From positions 488 through 64,487 of the forward strand of contig CAZPAO010000013.1 in the NCBI GenBank assembly GCA_964584665.1: 64,000 bases of DNA, given 5' to 3'. This document shows, one piece after another, positions 11,001 to 19,991 of the stretch. The translations under genes were made by a program, and so were the position numbers. Under the pieces are notes generated by a model that had not been told where the DNA came from, did not search any database, and saw only the letters and a program-made list of their open reading frames with translations. The DNA comes from an uncultured Gammaproteobacteria bacterium (lineage in GTDB: Bacteria; Pseudomonadota; Gammaproteobacteria; Natronospirales; REEB76). Each line of letters begins with the position of its first letter. Position 1 is the stretch's first letter.

Positions 11001-11365
11001 GCGACGCCGCAGTAGGCGCGTACGCCGTGCTTGCGCAGCCAGCGGTCTTCAGGGAAGGCGGCGGCAGCCTCGTCCTCGATCCAGAGGCGCCCCTCGGCCA
11101 TGACACGTTCCGCCGGGGTTCCGGGCACGTCGATCTCTCCCAGGCCCCCGGCCGCATGGTTCACGTGCCAGCCGGCCACGAGCTTCAGCCGATTCGGATC
11201 CTCGGACAGGCGGCTGGTGACGAAGGCGTATTCGGTGTCCAGGGCGGCGGCGAGGCTGCGCACCAGCTGGCGGAAGAAATCCTGGCCGACGAAGCCCGCA
11301 GTCTGTTCCATCAGACTGTAGAGGAGACCCGCTGGGGGGCCGTGGAGGGCGCTTTCCGGCTTCAT
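8024..11365 (-). CDS. GAF-multi-PAS-GGDEF-EAL c-di-GMP enzyme
   Basis: N-terminal GAF-like region, about four PAS repeats, HDPLTELPNR, RPAD and GGDEF, FEALVRW, DDFGTGYSSL. Confidence 0.93.
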   Translation of the reverse strand: MKPESALHGPPAGLLYSLMEQTAGFVGQDFFRQLVRSLAAALDTEYAFVTSRLSEDPNRLKLVAGWHVNHAAGGLGEIDVPGTPAERVMAEGRLWIEDEAAAAFPEDRWLRKHGVRAYCGVAIAGPDGQSIGHLGIMSRQPFQANDELFDTLKLLAARCAAELRRRRLDELQRLAAAKFATAFRAAPGIIAISELEGGKFTDVNAAVERMLGFSPAEIIGRSAVELGIWEYPEEREEFLQELRLNGRISNREAHFLTRGGEKRRGLTSAEMVEIEGKPYVLTAVLDVTDYRSTLDALHRRDVSYRTLFNTGGDAILVYPIGTDGRIGGPFIEANDTACELLGYARDELLEISPSSLMDAEKLRETSEALLTDQALLFDASLRAKDGGAVPVRVHARLQVLDGMHTVLAVCHDQRGDKPMQGEALLDVERRYSSIFQNAVEGIYQSTPDGRIVRANKALARILGFADAEELMAAGPSVAERTYLHPEQRAELLDRLEKHGQYTDQEIQVTRRDGSTIWVSDNSRVVRDRAGKVEYYEGTLHDITGRKLAEEALAQSEEKYRTLVDMSQDGVFLSARGGLVYVNRAFATMLGYKPDEMTGLSFSSLLAPEDRHSSNAFEEDYVLHTGHELHELRFMHRDEKTRVVAAVTVAHVPYRGSPAVTGTVRDVTAQKRSEQELLKGAYHDPLTELPNRSFFMEKLQQTLEHVGKRSSDRFSVLFLDLDRFKLINDSLGHSFGDRVLVAIARRLRTCLRPADLIARYGGDEFTILVENITGLDDATAVADRVHEELARAITVDGHEVFTNASIGIVINAPHYKHPDEILRDADTAMYRAKAAGKAGYVVFDDAMHENAKANLKLETDLRQALQRSEFRVFYQPVMDLSANKLSGFEALVRWEHPTQGLLGPEHFLAVAEETGLIIPIGWWVMETACAQFAAWKKKYKHISDDITMSVNIANRQFAHWVLPQRVARVLDITGLKPKHLCLEITETVFMDNPALAVETIARLRSVGVNLQMDDFGTGYSSLSALRRFKIDTLKIDRSFITGIEKARADRAIVRTITVLAADLGMDVVAEGIEDARQVELLRALGCRKGQGYFFSKPMAVVDVEKYLAALAPPK

Positions 11366-11506
11366 CTTGGGGCAGGTTACCTCAGTCGGAAGGCGCGGTG
11401 CGGACCGCCGCCCGACTCCCAGGCGCGGGTGGGGTCTGATCGCATCGAGAGTGTAAATAATGCTTAAAGAGACAGGGCTAAGTCAATGAAAATCCAGAAG
11501 ATAGCC

Positions 11507-12259
11507 CTACCACTGACCATTGAAATCGAAGGGGTATTGGCCGGTGCTGTCCGGACTGCCCAGGTTCGCCAGCAGGGCATGGGTGGCCTGGTCTCCGGCA
11601 TCCCTGGCGGAAAGGGTCCCTTTGAGATGATAGGCACCTTGGGGCGATAGACCGAGGTCTGCATGCAGCTTGAGGGGACTCGCCACGTCCTCCACGGTCG
11701 CCTGGATGCCGCCCCCGGACGCCGGAGTGAGCCCAGCACGGAAACTTCCCAGGGTAGCGGCGGCAGGCCAGCGCATCGTGGCATCGTCCAGGTCCACTTC
11801 GCCTTCCGCGGAGACGAGCTGCCCTGCTTTCAGGTAGAGCTGCGCCAAGTGGAGCGTGAGGAACCCGTCCACGCTGTGGGGCGGAAGCGGCAGCCAGTGT
11901 TCCAGGGCCCCGACCGGCAGGCGGCCGTCCAGGCTCCGCAGGTAGATGCGGTTGAATCCCACATCGACCCGCGTGTTCAGGTACTGCTGGTCCGTATGCA
12001 GGGCGACACGGTAGCCGAGGGTGAAGGTGAAGGGCGCGAGCCAGTCGAAATGCCATTCGGCGGCGCCGAGACTCGTATCCTGATAGCGCAGGTCGGCGGC
12101 AGAACCGGAGAAGATGCTGCCGGTGACGCCGCTGAGACGCAATCCAGGCAGGTGCCGGCTCGCGCGGTCGACCATGAACTGGGCGGGCAGGGTGGCGCCG
12201 AGGAACACGAGGTAGGCCACCGCGCCCAGCAGCCACCAGCGCAGCCGTTGCCAGCTCAT
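11507..12259 (-). CDS. gspN: Type II secretion system protein N
   Basis: Signal anchor, VTGSIFSGSA motif, last gene of the gsp run. Confidence 0.8.
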   Translation of the reverse strand: MSWQRLRWWLLGAVAYLVFLGATLPAQFMVDRASRHLPGLRLSGVTGSIFSGSAADLRYQDTSLGAAEWHFDWLAPFTFTLGYRVALHTDQQYLNTRVDVGFNRIYLRSLDGRLPVGALEHWLPLPPHSVDGFLTLHLAQLYLKAGQLVSAEGEVDLDDATMRWPAAATLGSFRAGLTPASGGGIQATVEDVASPLKLHADLGLSPQGAYHLKGTLSARDAGDQATHALLANLGSPDSTGQYPFDFNGQW

Positions 12260-12753
12260 GCGGCGACGAAGGTGAGGGTAGCGTCCACGACGCCGGGTGC
12301 CGCGCCCCGCTGCGCGTTCATCTCACGCACCGAGATGCCGTACTGGCGGCGCAAGCTGCCGAGCCAGCGGATCATGCTGTCGAAGCCCACCGCCTGCAGC
12401 TGCAGACGCACGGACCCGTCGCTGTTGGTCTGGGCCTGCTTCACCGATGCGGCGAAGCCGGCATCGCCGGCGCTGCGGCTCACCACCGCCAACAACGATT
12501 GGTTGGCGGGGATGCTGGAGGGTTGCTGCCCGCGCAGGGCCTGCAGCTGTGCCGCCGCGGGACCCATCCAGGCGATCAGGGCCTGGCGCGACTGGATGTC
12601 GTCCGCGAGGCGCTTCTTGCTGGCGAAGTAGGGATGCAGCACGGCGAGGTAGACGAACATGCCCAGCACCACCACGGCGCCGGCGGCGAGCACGCGCTGT
12701 TCGCGCTGCTGCAACGAGAGATACCAGGTCTTGAGTTCATCGTACTGCTTCAT
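12256..12753 (-). CDS. gspM: Type II secretion system protein M
   Basis: WYLSLQQREQRVL, single TM, LQAVGFDSMIRWL. Confidence 0.88.
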   Translation of the reverse strand: MKQYDELKTWYLSLQQREQRVLAAGAVVVLGMFVYLAVLHPYFASKKRLADDIQSRQALIAWMGPAAAQLQALRGQQPSSIPANQSLLAVVSRSAGDAGFAASVKQAQTNSDGSVRLQLQAVGFDSMIRWLGSLRRQYGISVREMNAQRGAAPGVVDATLTFVAA

Positions 12754-13976
12754 GAGCCGCCGCCCGAGAGCACGATGCGTCCCGTCACCTGGGCGCCGGA
12801 CGCGTTGACGGAGTCGAGATCCGCTCGCACGCTGCCTTGGGCGAGGGTGCCCTTGAGTGCATCCAGCGCGCCGATGTCGCCGGCCTGGAGTTGGACCTGC
12901 AGGCTGCCGCCCTGGTAGTTGATCCCAGTAACCTGGATGCTGGGATTTGACCCGAGGCCGCTGCCGAGTGCGTCCAGGAGCGCCAGCAGGGAACCGGCGG
13001 AATTGCCGCCCTGGAGTTCAGCGAGCTTGGCCTGCATCTCCTGCTGTTCGCTGCCGGGCACCAGGCGGCTGCCCGGCATGGCCTGGTTGAAGAGCTGGGT
13101 CACCTGGGCATCCAGGGTGTTCGCTTGCCGGCGCAGTTTCACGTAGGACGTGATCTGTTCCGCGAGTCCGAGCAGGAGGCAGAGGGCGAGCAGGACCACG
13201 GCGATGCGCCAGGTACGCCAATGTTCCTGCACGGGCGTCTGCGTCTTGAAGTCGCCCTGCAGCAGATCGAGCCCACGCTGGGCGCCGAGACCTGCCGCCA
13301 GTGCCGGCAATGCGCCATCCGCCACCGGGTGCTTGATGCGTTCCAGCGGCACGTCGCCCAGCGATGCGTCGAAAGCGTCCACGTCCGCGGCGGCGCCATG
13401 GATCGAGAGGCGGGTGAAGGCGCCGGCACTCTCTGTGATGCGTCGCTTGAGCAGTTCCGCTCCGAATGCCGTATCGGTGGCGAAGCCGCCGCCATCCGGC
13501 ATGCGCACCAGCACGGCACCGCCGTCCAGCGCCACCGCCACGCTACCGGGCTCCGGCGCGAGAGCGCAGACATCCGGCACCAGGCGCGCGGGCCGCAGGC
13601 CTGCATCGGCGAGTTCATCCAGGCAGGCGCGCAGGCGCGCCTTGCCCATCACAGCGACCAGTTGGCCCGCATCGGTGCGTGCACCCAAAGCGAAGTGCAG
13701 CGTCTCCACGTCTTCCGCCAACTTGTCTTCAAGGATGTAGGGGACCGCCTGCAGCACCTTCTGCGGGTTGCGGCTGGGCACGTCCACGTGCATCAGCGTC
13801 ACCTGTTCGGCGGGCACGAGCACAGTGAGGCGCCGGCCCTTGGCCTGCAGCTCTGCGGCTTCCGCCAAGGTGCCCTGCTGCACATGGCCGATGCGATTGC
13901 CGAGGGTATCCACCAGCAGCCAGCGGGCAGGCCCGGCGGCACGCGGCAGGTGGAGGTAGAGGGATTCAGCCATCAC
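12750..13976 (-). CDS. gspL: Type II secretion system protein L
   Basis: AVPYILEDKLAEDVETLHFA, LDLLQGDF, TM, periplasmic C-terminal domain. Confidence 0.9.
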   Translation of the reverse strand: MMAESLYLHLPRAAGPARWLLVDTLGNRIGHVQQGTLAEAAELQAKGRRLTVLVPAEQVTLMHVDVPSRNPQKVLQAVPYILEDKLAEDVETLHFALGARTDAGQLVAVMGKARLRACLDELADAGLRPARLVPDVCALAPEPGSVAVALDGGAVLVRMPDGGGFATDTAFGAELLKRRITESAGAFTRLSIHGAAADVDAFDASLGDVPLERIKHPVADGALPALAAGLGAQRGLDLLQGDFKTQTPVQEHWRTWRIAVVLLALCLLLGLAEQITSYVKLRRQANTLDAQVTQLFNQAMPGSRLVPGSEQQEMQAKLAELQGGNSAGSLLALLDALGSGLGSNPSIQVTGINYQGGSLQVQLQAGDIGALDALKGTLAQGSVRADLDSVNASGAQVTGRIVLSGGGS

Positions 13977-14905
13977 AGGGTCCCGAAAGTACGACGCACG
14001 GCGATCACACCATTGCCGGCGCCACGATACAGCAGACTGTACAGCGTGACATGGGTGCTGCCAATCTCCGCGTCCACGGTCAGCAGGAAGTACTGGCTGT
14101 CATAACCCATGTTGGCGGGTTTGATGAGGGCTGCAGTGAAGGCATCCGGCGGGCTTTTGAATACCTGGCTGCCGCGCGCGCCGATGACCTGCGAAGCGAG
14201 ATCAGCGCTGATGTGCGAGTCCAGGGATTCGAGCACCGGGCCCGACGCGGTATTTATGTTGACCTTGGCCACGCCGGCCTGGGCCGGCAGCGCGCAGACA
14301 TAAGGGGATATCTGAGCATAGACCGCCGGGGTGATGCCCTTCACCAGCAGGAGTTCGCTGACGCTGCTAATGGGGCCTTCGGCGGTGATATAGGCTGGCT
14401 GCAGGCGGGAGTAATAGTCGTCCTTGGCGCCGCCAGGTGACGCCACGCTGCTGCGGCTCATCCAGTCCGCCACGGTCTGCGCCAGGGTCGGGTCCTGGTT
14501 CAGGGCGGTGAGCAGGTTCTGGAACTGCTGCAGGGACGTCGGCTGGATCTGACCCTGGGCATTCACGATGTTGTTGAGGTTGAAGCGACCTTGCAGGTCC
14601 TCGATCTTGCCCCGGATCTGGCCACCCTCCACCGGCAACGGCGGCAGCTGTTGGGCCCAGTCCTGGCTCAAGGCGGTGGCGCCCGGATTCTGGCGTCCGG
14701 AACGGGCGAGGATCTGCTCCGCCCAGGCTTCCGCGCCGAGCGCGTATTCCATGGCTTGGTCGCCCTGCACCAGGGTAGAGGTGCGTCGCACGTCCAGCCC
14801 CGACTGCCAGATCATGGCCGCGGCGAGTCCGGCCGCGATGGCGAGCACCACCAGCGCGGTGATGAGCGCGACGCCGTGCTGGCGATCAGGGGCAGACCGA
14901 GCCAC
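13973..14905 (-). CDS. gspK: Type II secretion minor pseudopilin K
   Basis: QHG/VALITAL prepilin-like N-terminus, IEDLQGRFNLNN, ELLLVKGI, VNINTA. Confidence 0.92.
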   Translation of the reverse strand: MARSAPDRQHGVALITALVVLAIAAGLAAAMIWQSGLDVRRTSTLVQGDQAMEYALGAEAWAEQILARSGRQNPGATALSQDWAQQLPPLPVEGGQIRGKIEDLQGRFNLNNIVNAQGQIQPTSLQQFQNLLTALNQDPTLAQTVADWMSRSSVASPGGAKDDYYSRLQPAYITAEGPISSVSELLLVKGITPAVYAQISPYVCALPAQAGVAKVNINTASGPVLESLDSHISADLASQVIGARGSQVFKSPPDAFTAALIKPANMGYDSQYFLLTVDAEIGSTHVTLYSLLYRGAGNGVIAVRRTFGTL

Positions 14906-15524
14906 AGCTCGCTACCTCCACGATGCGGGTCACGTCGCTGAGATCCTTGAGCGTGACGGTGATGCTGACGGCGACGGGCAGGCTGTCCGGCACAGCCGCA
15001 TGGGTCGAGGCGGTGGGCGCGAGGGTCGGCGGCCACACGTCCTGGAAGGTCTTGGACACCGCATCCATATACTGGATTTTGATGGAAGTCACGTCCTCCA
15101 GCAGCGGCTGCTTGGCCGGCGTCACCTGCGCCATGCCATCCAGCTCGGGCCACCAGGAACGCATGAGCTTGCCGTCCTCGAGGCTGTAGGCGACGCGTTC
15201 CTGGGTGCTGCGCGTGCTGCCGAGCGGGTTGGCCCAGCCGCCGCGGGTGAACTGGATGGGCGGCACGTTCTGTGGGCCGGCGAGCAAGGCCGGCATGGTG
15301 CCTCCCAGGCCGTCGCGCACCGGGCGCGGTTCCAGCTGCGCGAAGTCGCGGGCCATGATGTCCATGGCGAGCTGAACCTGGCGCAGGCGCTTCATGGCAT
15401 CGCCGTTCTGCTGGCGCGCCCTGGTGACGCCCGCGAGGCCGCCGTAGGCGATGGCCATGATGAGCGCGGTGATGCTGAGCGCCACCAGCAGTTCCACCAG
15501 CGTGAAGCCGCGCGTGTGTCTCAT
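14886..15524 (-). CDS. gspJ: Type II secretion minor pseudopilin J
   Basis: MRHTRG/FTLVELL type IV prepilin cleavage site; start set at ATG 15524 (ATGA overlap with gspI). Confidence 0.9.
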   Translation of the reverse strand: MRHTRGFTLVELLVALSITALIMAIAYGGLAGVTRARQQNGDAMKRLRQVQLAMDIMARDFAQLEPRPVRDGLGGTMPALLAGPQNVPPIQFTRGGWANPLGSTRSTQERVAYSLEDGKLMRSWWPELDGMAQVTPAKQPLLEDVTSIKIQYMDAVSKTFQDVWPPTLAPTASTHAAVPDSLPVAVSITVTLKDLSDVTRIVEVASCGSVCP

Positions 15525-15955
15525 GGGTTGGTCCCGGGCTGCCCCGTGCCGCTGCCGAGCCCGGACTGGCTCGCCTGCTGGTTGGGCGGCAGGCCCATGA
15601 AGCCGGTGACGGTGGCGATGGTGGCATCGGGCGTGTCGCCCAGGCTCACGTCGATGTCGATGCGCAGGAGCCCGGGGTCCGCGGTCTTGGTCATTGTGGC
15701 TTTCCAGTGCCACTTCTCGCCGCCCATGTCCGCGTCGCCGTTCAGGGAGTCGTCGCTGGGCCAGCTCTGGGCGGCCCGCAACATGGTGAGTTCGTTCAAG
15801 CCCACCCAGTTCGCGTAGGTGGTGTCGCGCAGGTGCGCGCCGTCATGGGCGGTGTGACCGGCGGTGCCGATCACCGCCGTGAGGCCGAGCGCGAGCACGG
15901 CGAGCGCGATCAGCACTTCCAGCAAAGTGAAACCTCGCGCGTGCCGCATACTCAT
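15521..15955 (-). CDS. gspI: Type II secretion minor pseudopilin I
   Basis: RG/FTLLEVLIAL, LRDTTYANWVGLN. Confidence 0.9.
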   Translation of the reverse strand: MSMRHARGFTLLEVLIALAVLALGLTAVIGTAGHTAHDGAHLRDTTYANWVGLNELTMLRAAQSWPSDDSLNGDADMGGEKWHWKATMTKTADPGLLRIDIDVSLGDTPDATIATVTGFMGLPPNQQASQSGLGSGTGQPGTNP

Positions 15956-16551
15956 GGCGGCGACTTCGCGGCCTGGGCGTCTTCGGGCGTGATCACCGTG
16001 ATGCCGTCAGCGAGCGTGCCTTTCACGGTATAGATCGAGCCGGAAGCGCTGCCGGTCACCTGGATCTCGAAAGGCGGCAGTTCGCCGCTGGAGAGCAGGA
16101 GCACCTGCGGCAAGTCCTTGTTCTCGGGCATGCCACTCTCGCTGTCGGCGCTCGCGGGAGCGGATGCAGCGCCGGGGTCCTCGACGGTCGCGGGCGGCGG
16201 CGCCAGCGTCGCCGGCGCACCCTCCAGCTGCAGCGACAGGGTCACCTCATCGCCGAGGTCGCGCCGGTAGAAAAGGTTGTCACCCTGGACCGGCGACCAC
16301 TTGCGGCCATCGTAGGTAAAGAAGGTGTAGCCGTGGGCTTCGATGCGCAAGCCGTACTCCTGGCCCTGCATGATCGCCTGCTCGGCAGCGAGGCCGGTGA
16401 GGTTCGCCAACTGCTCGGCAGCGCGCTTGGCCGGGGGATCGCGGCCGATGACGTTGAGGGAGATGATGGCGAAGCCCGCTACGATGGCGATGATGACCAT
16501 CACCACCAGGAGCTCTATGAGCGTGAAGCCTCGATCGCGTTGCGGGCTCAC
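15952..16551 (-). CDS. gspH: Type II secretion minor pseudopilin H
   Basis: RG/FTLIELLVV, EQAIMQGQEYGL, LLLSSGELPPF. Confidence 0.9.
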   Translation of the reverse strand: MSPQRDRGFTLIELLVVMVIIAIVAGFAIISLNVIGRDPPAKRAAEQLANLTGLAAEQAIMQGQEYGLRIEAHGYTFFTYDGRKWSPVQGDNLFYRRDLGDEVTLSLQLEGAPATLAPPPATVEDPGAASAPASADSESGMPENKDLPQVLLLSSGELPPFEIQVTGSASGSIYTVKGTLADGITVITPEDAQAAKSPP

Positions 16552-16566
16552 GTGCGTGCCCGCGGG

Positions 16567-17028
16567 TCAGTGCCCGCCGTTGCCGCTGGAGCCGTTGTCG
16601 TTCATGTTCCAGTTGCCGATGTCGGCGTTCACGCCGTCACCGCCGGGCTGGCCGTCGGCGCCGTTGGACCAGATGTCCACCGCCAGGCCGTGGGCGCTGG
16701 GATTGACGTACTGGTAGGGATGGCCCCAGGGGTCCGTGGGCAGCTGATCGAGATACTGCTTCCAGTGGGGCGGCGCGGGGTTGGCCGAGGGCTTCTGCAC
16801 CAGCGCTTCCAGGCCCTGGTCGGTGCTGGGATAGACGTAATTGTCCAGACGGTAGACCTCGAGGGTCGACTGGATGGCCTGGATGTCGGACTTCACCTTG
16901 ACGATGCGGGCCTCGTCGGGCTTGTCCATGATCTTGGGGACGATGACCGCCGCCAGGATACCGAGGATGACCACCACCACCATCACTTCGATGAGGGTGA
17001 AACCGGATTGCGTCTTGCGGGTCTGCAT
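16567..17028 (-). CDS. gspG: Type II secretion major pseudopilin G
   Basis: SG/FTLIEVMVVVVILGILAAVIVP, YRLDNYVYPSTDQGLEAL, DPWGHPYQY, DIGNW. Confidence 0.95.
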   Translation of the reverse strand: MQTRKTQSGFTLIEVMVVVVILGILAAVIVPKIMDKPDEARIVKVKSDIQAIQSTLEVYRLDNYVYPSTDQGLEALVQKPSANPAPPHWKQYLDQLPTDPWGHPYQYVNPSAHGLAVDIWSNGADGQPGGDGVNADIGNWNMNDNGSSGNGGH

Positions 17029-17098
17029 GGTGTTTTGGCTGATAAAATCAGGGTTGGAGCGCGTTCCTGCGCAGGCCCCAATCATACACTAAGCCCCC

Positions 17099-17740
17099 AT
17101 GTCACCGACCCCACGACGCATTCGGGACGAGGCCCTCCGGCTACTGCATCGGCACTGGCCCTTGCTGGCGGTCTTGCTGCCTTGCCTGCTGCTAGCCCTG
17201 GCCGGAGACGCCGCACGCATGGCCCTGCGCTATGACCGCGCCGCCATCTTTCACGGCGAAGTCTGGCGGCTCTTCACCGGCAACTTCGTGCACCTCGGCA
17301 CCGGTCACCTGCTGGAAGACATGGCGGGGATGGTGCTGCTCTGGCTCCTGTTCGAGGACGTGCTGCCGGGATGGCGCATGCCGGCGGTCATCGGCATCGG
17401 TGCGCTGGCCGTGGGCGGCGGCCTGCTCGTGGGCGACCCGCAGGTGGGCTGGTACGTCGGCATCTCCGGCGCCCTCGATACGCTCTGGGCAGCCGGGTCC
17501 CTCGGGCTCATGCGCCGCGGCGACCGCTTCGGTTGGATACTGGCGGCCGTGCTGGTGGCGAAGCTCATCTATGAGCAGTGCTGCGGCGCGCTGCCGTTCT
17601 CCAGCGTCTCAACCGGCGGCACGGTCATCGTGGATGCGCATCTCTACGGCGCCTTCGCCGGCGCGCTCATCGGCTTTGGCGGCGGCTTGCCCTGGCACCG
17701 TATAATGAGGAAGTCGAAGCACGCTGGAGTGGATGCATGA
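17099..17740 (+). CDS. Rhombosortase (rhomboid-family intramembrane serine protease of the GlyGly-CTERM system)
   Basis: LRYDRAAIFHGEVWRLFTGNFVH, YVGISG (Ser) and VDAHLYG (His); true start may be downstream of 17099. Confidence 0.82.
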   Translation: MSPTPRRIRDEALRLLHRHWPLLAVLLPCLLLALAGDAARMALRYDRAAIFHGEVWRLFTGNFVHLGTGHLLEDMAGMVLLWLLFEDVLPGWRMPAVIGIGALAVGGGLLVGDPQVGWYVGISGALDTLWAAGSLGLMRRGDRFGWILAAVLVAKLIYEQCCGALPFSSVSTGGTVIVDAHLYGAFAGALIGFGGGLPWHRIMRKSKHAGVDA

Positions 17741-18672
17741 GTTTCGCCGCCGTCTTCCCGGGTCAGGGTTCCCAATCGATCGGCATGCTGGGCACGCTCG
17801 CCCCGGAGCACCCGGAAGTGCAGAAGACCTTCGCCGAGGCCTCCGAGGCCCTGGGGTACGACCTCTGGGCCCTGGCCCAGCAGGGACCGGAAGAGCGCTT
17901 GAACGCCACCCAGCAGACCCAGCCCGCCTTGCTCGCTGCCGGAGTCGCCGCCTGGCGCGCCTGGAAGGCGGCCGGCGGTCGCGACCCTTCCGCCATGGCC
18001 GGCCACAGCCTCGGCGAATACACCGCGCTGGTCTGCGCCGGCGCCATGGATTTCAAGTCCGCCATCAAGCTCGTTGAGTTCCGCGGTCTCGCCATGCAGG
18101 AGGCGGTGCCGGCGGGGCAGGGCGCCATGTCAGCCATCATCGGCCTCGATGACGACGCAGTACGTGCGGCCTGCTCCGAGGCGGCCCAGGGCGAAGTGGT
18201 GGAAGCGGTTAACTTCAACGCGCCGGGGCAGGTGGTGATCGCCGGTCAGACGGCCGCGGTGCAGCGTGCCGGCGAACTGTGCAAGGCCAAGGGCGCCAAG
18301 CGCGCATTGCCCTTGCCGGTGAGCGCACCGTCCCATTGCGCGTTGATGAAACCCGCCGCCGAGCGGCTGGCCCAGAAGCTTACGGCCCTCGACATCCGGG
18401 CCCCGATCATCCCGGTGATACACAACGTGGACGTGAGCGCGCATGCCGATCCGGACAAGATCCGTGCTGCACTGAAGGCGCAGTTGCACAGTCCGGTGCG
18501 CTGGGTGGAGACGGTGCAGAAGCTCCTCCATGACGGCATGCCGAAGCAGGTGGAGTTCGGTCCCGGCAAGGTGCTGGCGGGGCTCGCCAAGCGCATCGAC
18601 AAATCCGTGGAAGCCTATCCCGTATACGATCCCGCAACCCTGCAAGCCGCCCTGGCCGCGGTAGGAGCCTGA
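17737..18672 (+). CDS. fabD: Malonyl-CoA:ACP transacylase
   Basis: FPGQGSQ, AGHSLGEY, VSAPSHCALM; start at ATG 17737. Confidence 0.96.
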   Translation: MSFAAVFPGQGSQSIGMLGTLAPEHPEVQKTFAEASEALGYDLWALAQQGPEERLNATQQTQPALLAAGVAAWRAWKAAGGRDPSAMAGHSLGEYTALVCAGAMDFKSAIKLVEFRGLAMQEAVPAGQGAMSAIIGLDDDAVRAACSEAAQGEVVEAVNFNAPGQVVIAGQTAAVQRAGELCKAKGAKRALPLPVSAPSHCALMKPAAERLAQKLTALDIRAPIIPVIHNVDVSAHADPDKIRAALKAQLHSPVRWVETVQKLLHDGMPKQVEFGPGKVLAGLAKRIDKSVEAYPVYDPATLQAALAAVGA

Positions 18673-18674
18673 CC

Positions 18675-19415
18675 ATGCTGAACCAGGACATCGCCCTCGT
18701 CACAGGCGCCACCCGCGGCATCGGCAAGGCCATCGCCGTCGCCCTCGGCAAGTCCGGTGCCACCGTCATCGGCACCGCTACGCGGCCGGAGGGCGCCGAA
18801 CAGATAAGCGCTTACCTGAAAGCCGAAGGCATCAAGGGCAAGGGCATCGTGCTCGACGTGTCCAACGCGTCCCAGGTGGAAGAGACCGTGAAGGCCGTGG
18901 CGGCCGAGTTCGGCGACCCCACGGTGCTCGTGAACAACGCCGGCATCACCCGCGACACGCTGCTCCTGCGCATGAAGGAGGAGGACTGGAACGCGGTCAT
19001 CGACACCGACCTCACCTCGGTGTTCCGCCTCTCCAAGGCCTGCCTGCGCGGCATGATGAAGGCGCGCCGCGGCCGCATCATCAGCATCGCATCGGTGGTG
19101 GGCGCCTCCGGCAACCCCGGCCAAGCCAACTACTGCGCCGCCAAGGCCGGCATCATGGGCTTCACCCGCTCGCTGGCCCAGGAAGTGGGCTCCCGCAGCA
19201 TCACGGTGAACACGGTGGCGCCGGGCTTCATCGACACTGACATGACCCGCGCCCTCACCGAGGAGCAACGCGGCATGCTCATGCAGAAGATCCCGCTGGA
19301 GCGCCTGGGCGCACCGGAGGACATCGCCGCCACAGTGCTGTTCCTGGCCTCGCCGGGTGCCGGCTACATCACCGGCGAGACCATCCACGTGAACGGTGGC
19401 ATGTATATGGCGTGA
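18675..19415 (+). CDS. fabG: 3-oxoacyl-ACP reductase
   Basis: TGATRGIG, NNAGITRD, NYCAAK, VNGGMYM. Confidence 0.96.
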   Translation: MLNQDIALVTGATRGIGKAIAVALGKSGATVIGTATRPEGAEQISAYLKAEGIKGKGIVLDVSNASQVEETVKAVAAEFGDPTVLVNNAGITRDTLLLRMKEEDWNAVIDTDLTSVFRLSKACLRGMMKARRGRIISIASVVGASGNPGQANYCAAKAGIMGFTRSLAQEVGSRSITVNTVAPGFIDTDMTRALTEEQRGMLMQKIPLERLGAPEDIAATVLFLASPGAGYITGETIHVNGGMYMA

Positions 19416-19599
19416 ATCCGCCCCGGAAGAGGCTGGGTTTACGGGGATTTAGCGCGATTTCGGGGGCTTCCGCCCCTATTTAAACGGGGTATAAAGCGCA
19501 AGTGGCGCGACCGGGGGCTTTTCTCTACAATACCGCCCCCAGTTTGGTCCGCTACGCCGAAGCCGAACTGTTTTGTCACTCTGGGAGGTCCCAACAGTC

Positions 19600-19842
19600 A
19601 TGAGCAGCATTGAAGAACGCGTCAAGAAGATCGTCGTCGAACAACTCGGCGTGAAGGAAGACCAGGTCAACCCGCAGGCCTCCTTCGTGGACGATCTGGG
19701 TGCTGACTCGCTGGATACCGTGGAACTGGTCATGGCGCTCGAGGAAGAGTTCGAGTGCGAGATCCCCGATGAAGAGGCCGAGAAGATCACCACCGTCGGC
19801 CAGGCCATCAGCTACATCAAGGAACACCTGCCCAACGCCTGA
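19600..19842 (+). CDS. acpP: Acyl carrier protein
   Basis: [17 protein letters not shown]...[20 protein letters not shown]. Confidence 0.97.
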   Translation: MSSIEERVKKIVVEQLGVKEDQVNPQASFVDDLGADSLDTVELVMALEEEFECEIPDEEAEKITTVGQAISYIKEHLPNA

Positions 19843-19865
19843 GTGGCAGGTCTCCGACGTCAAGC

Positions 19866-19902
19866 GCCGTTGTCATCGCGAGGTGGCAACGGCCTTTGCT
19901 TT
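19866..19902 (+). terminator. Intrinsic terminator or attenuator between acpP and fabF
   Basis: GCCGTTGTCATC-GCGA-GGTGGCAACGGC stem (with G-U pairs, GNRA loop) followed by CTTTGCTTTT. Confidence 0.65.
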
Positions 19903-19991
19903 TATGACGATGGCTGCGGCCGACTCCCGTACCGGGGCGATCCGCGGCATGTCGTATACTGAATATGCAGCAGCAGTGAGAGGGCAGTTCC

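Noticed and set aside
13973-17028. Type IV pilin cluster
   Set aside because: GspG/K/L/M/N signatures identify it as type II secretion
17578-17736. N-terminal extensions in the ORF track (fabD, gspJ, fadB-like, marR, ccmI, cytochrome 63178-63732)
   Set aside because: Downstream ATGs with RBS or ATGA coupling and family-typical N-termini fit better
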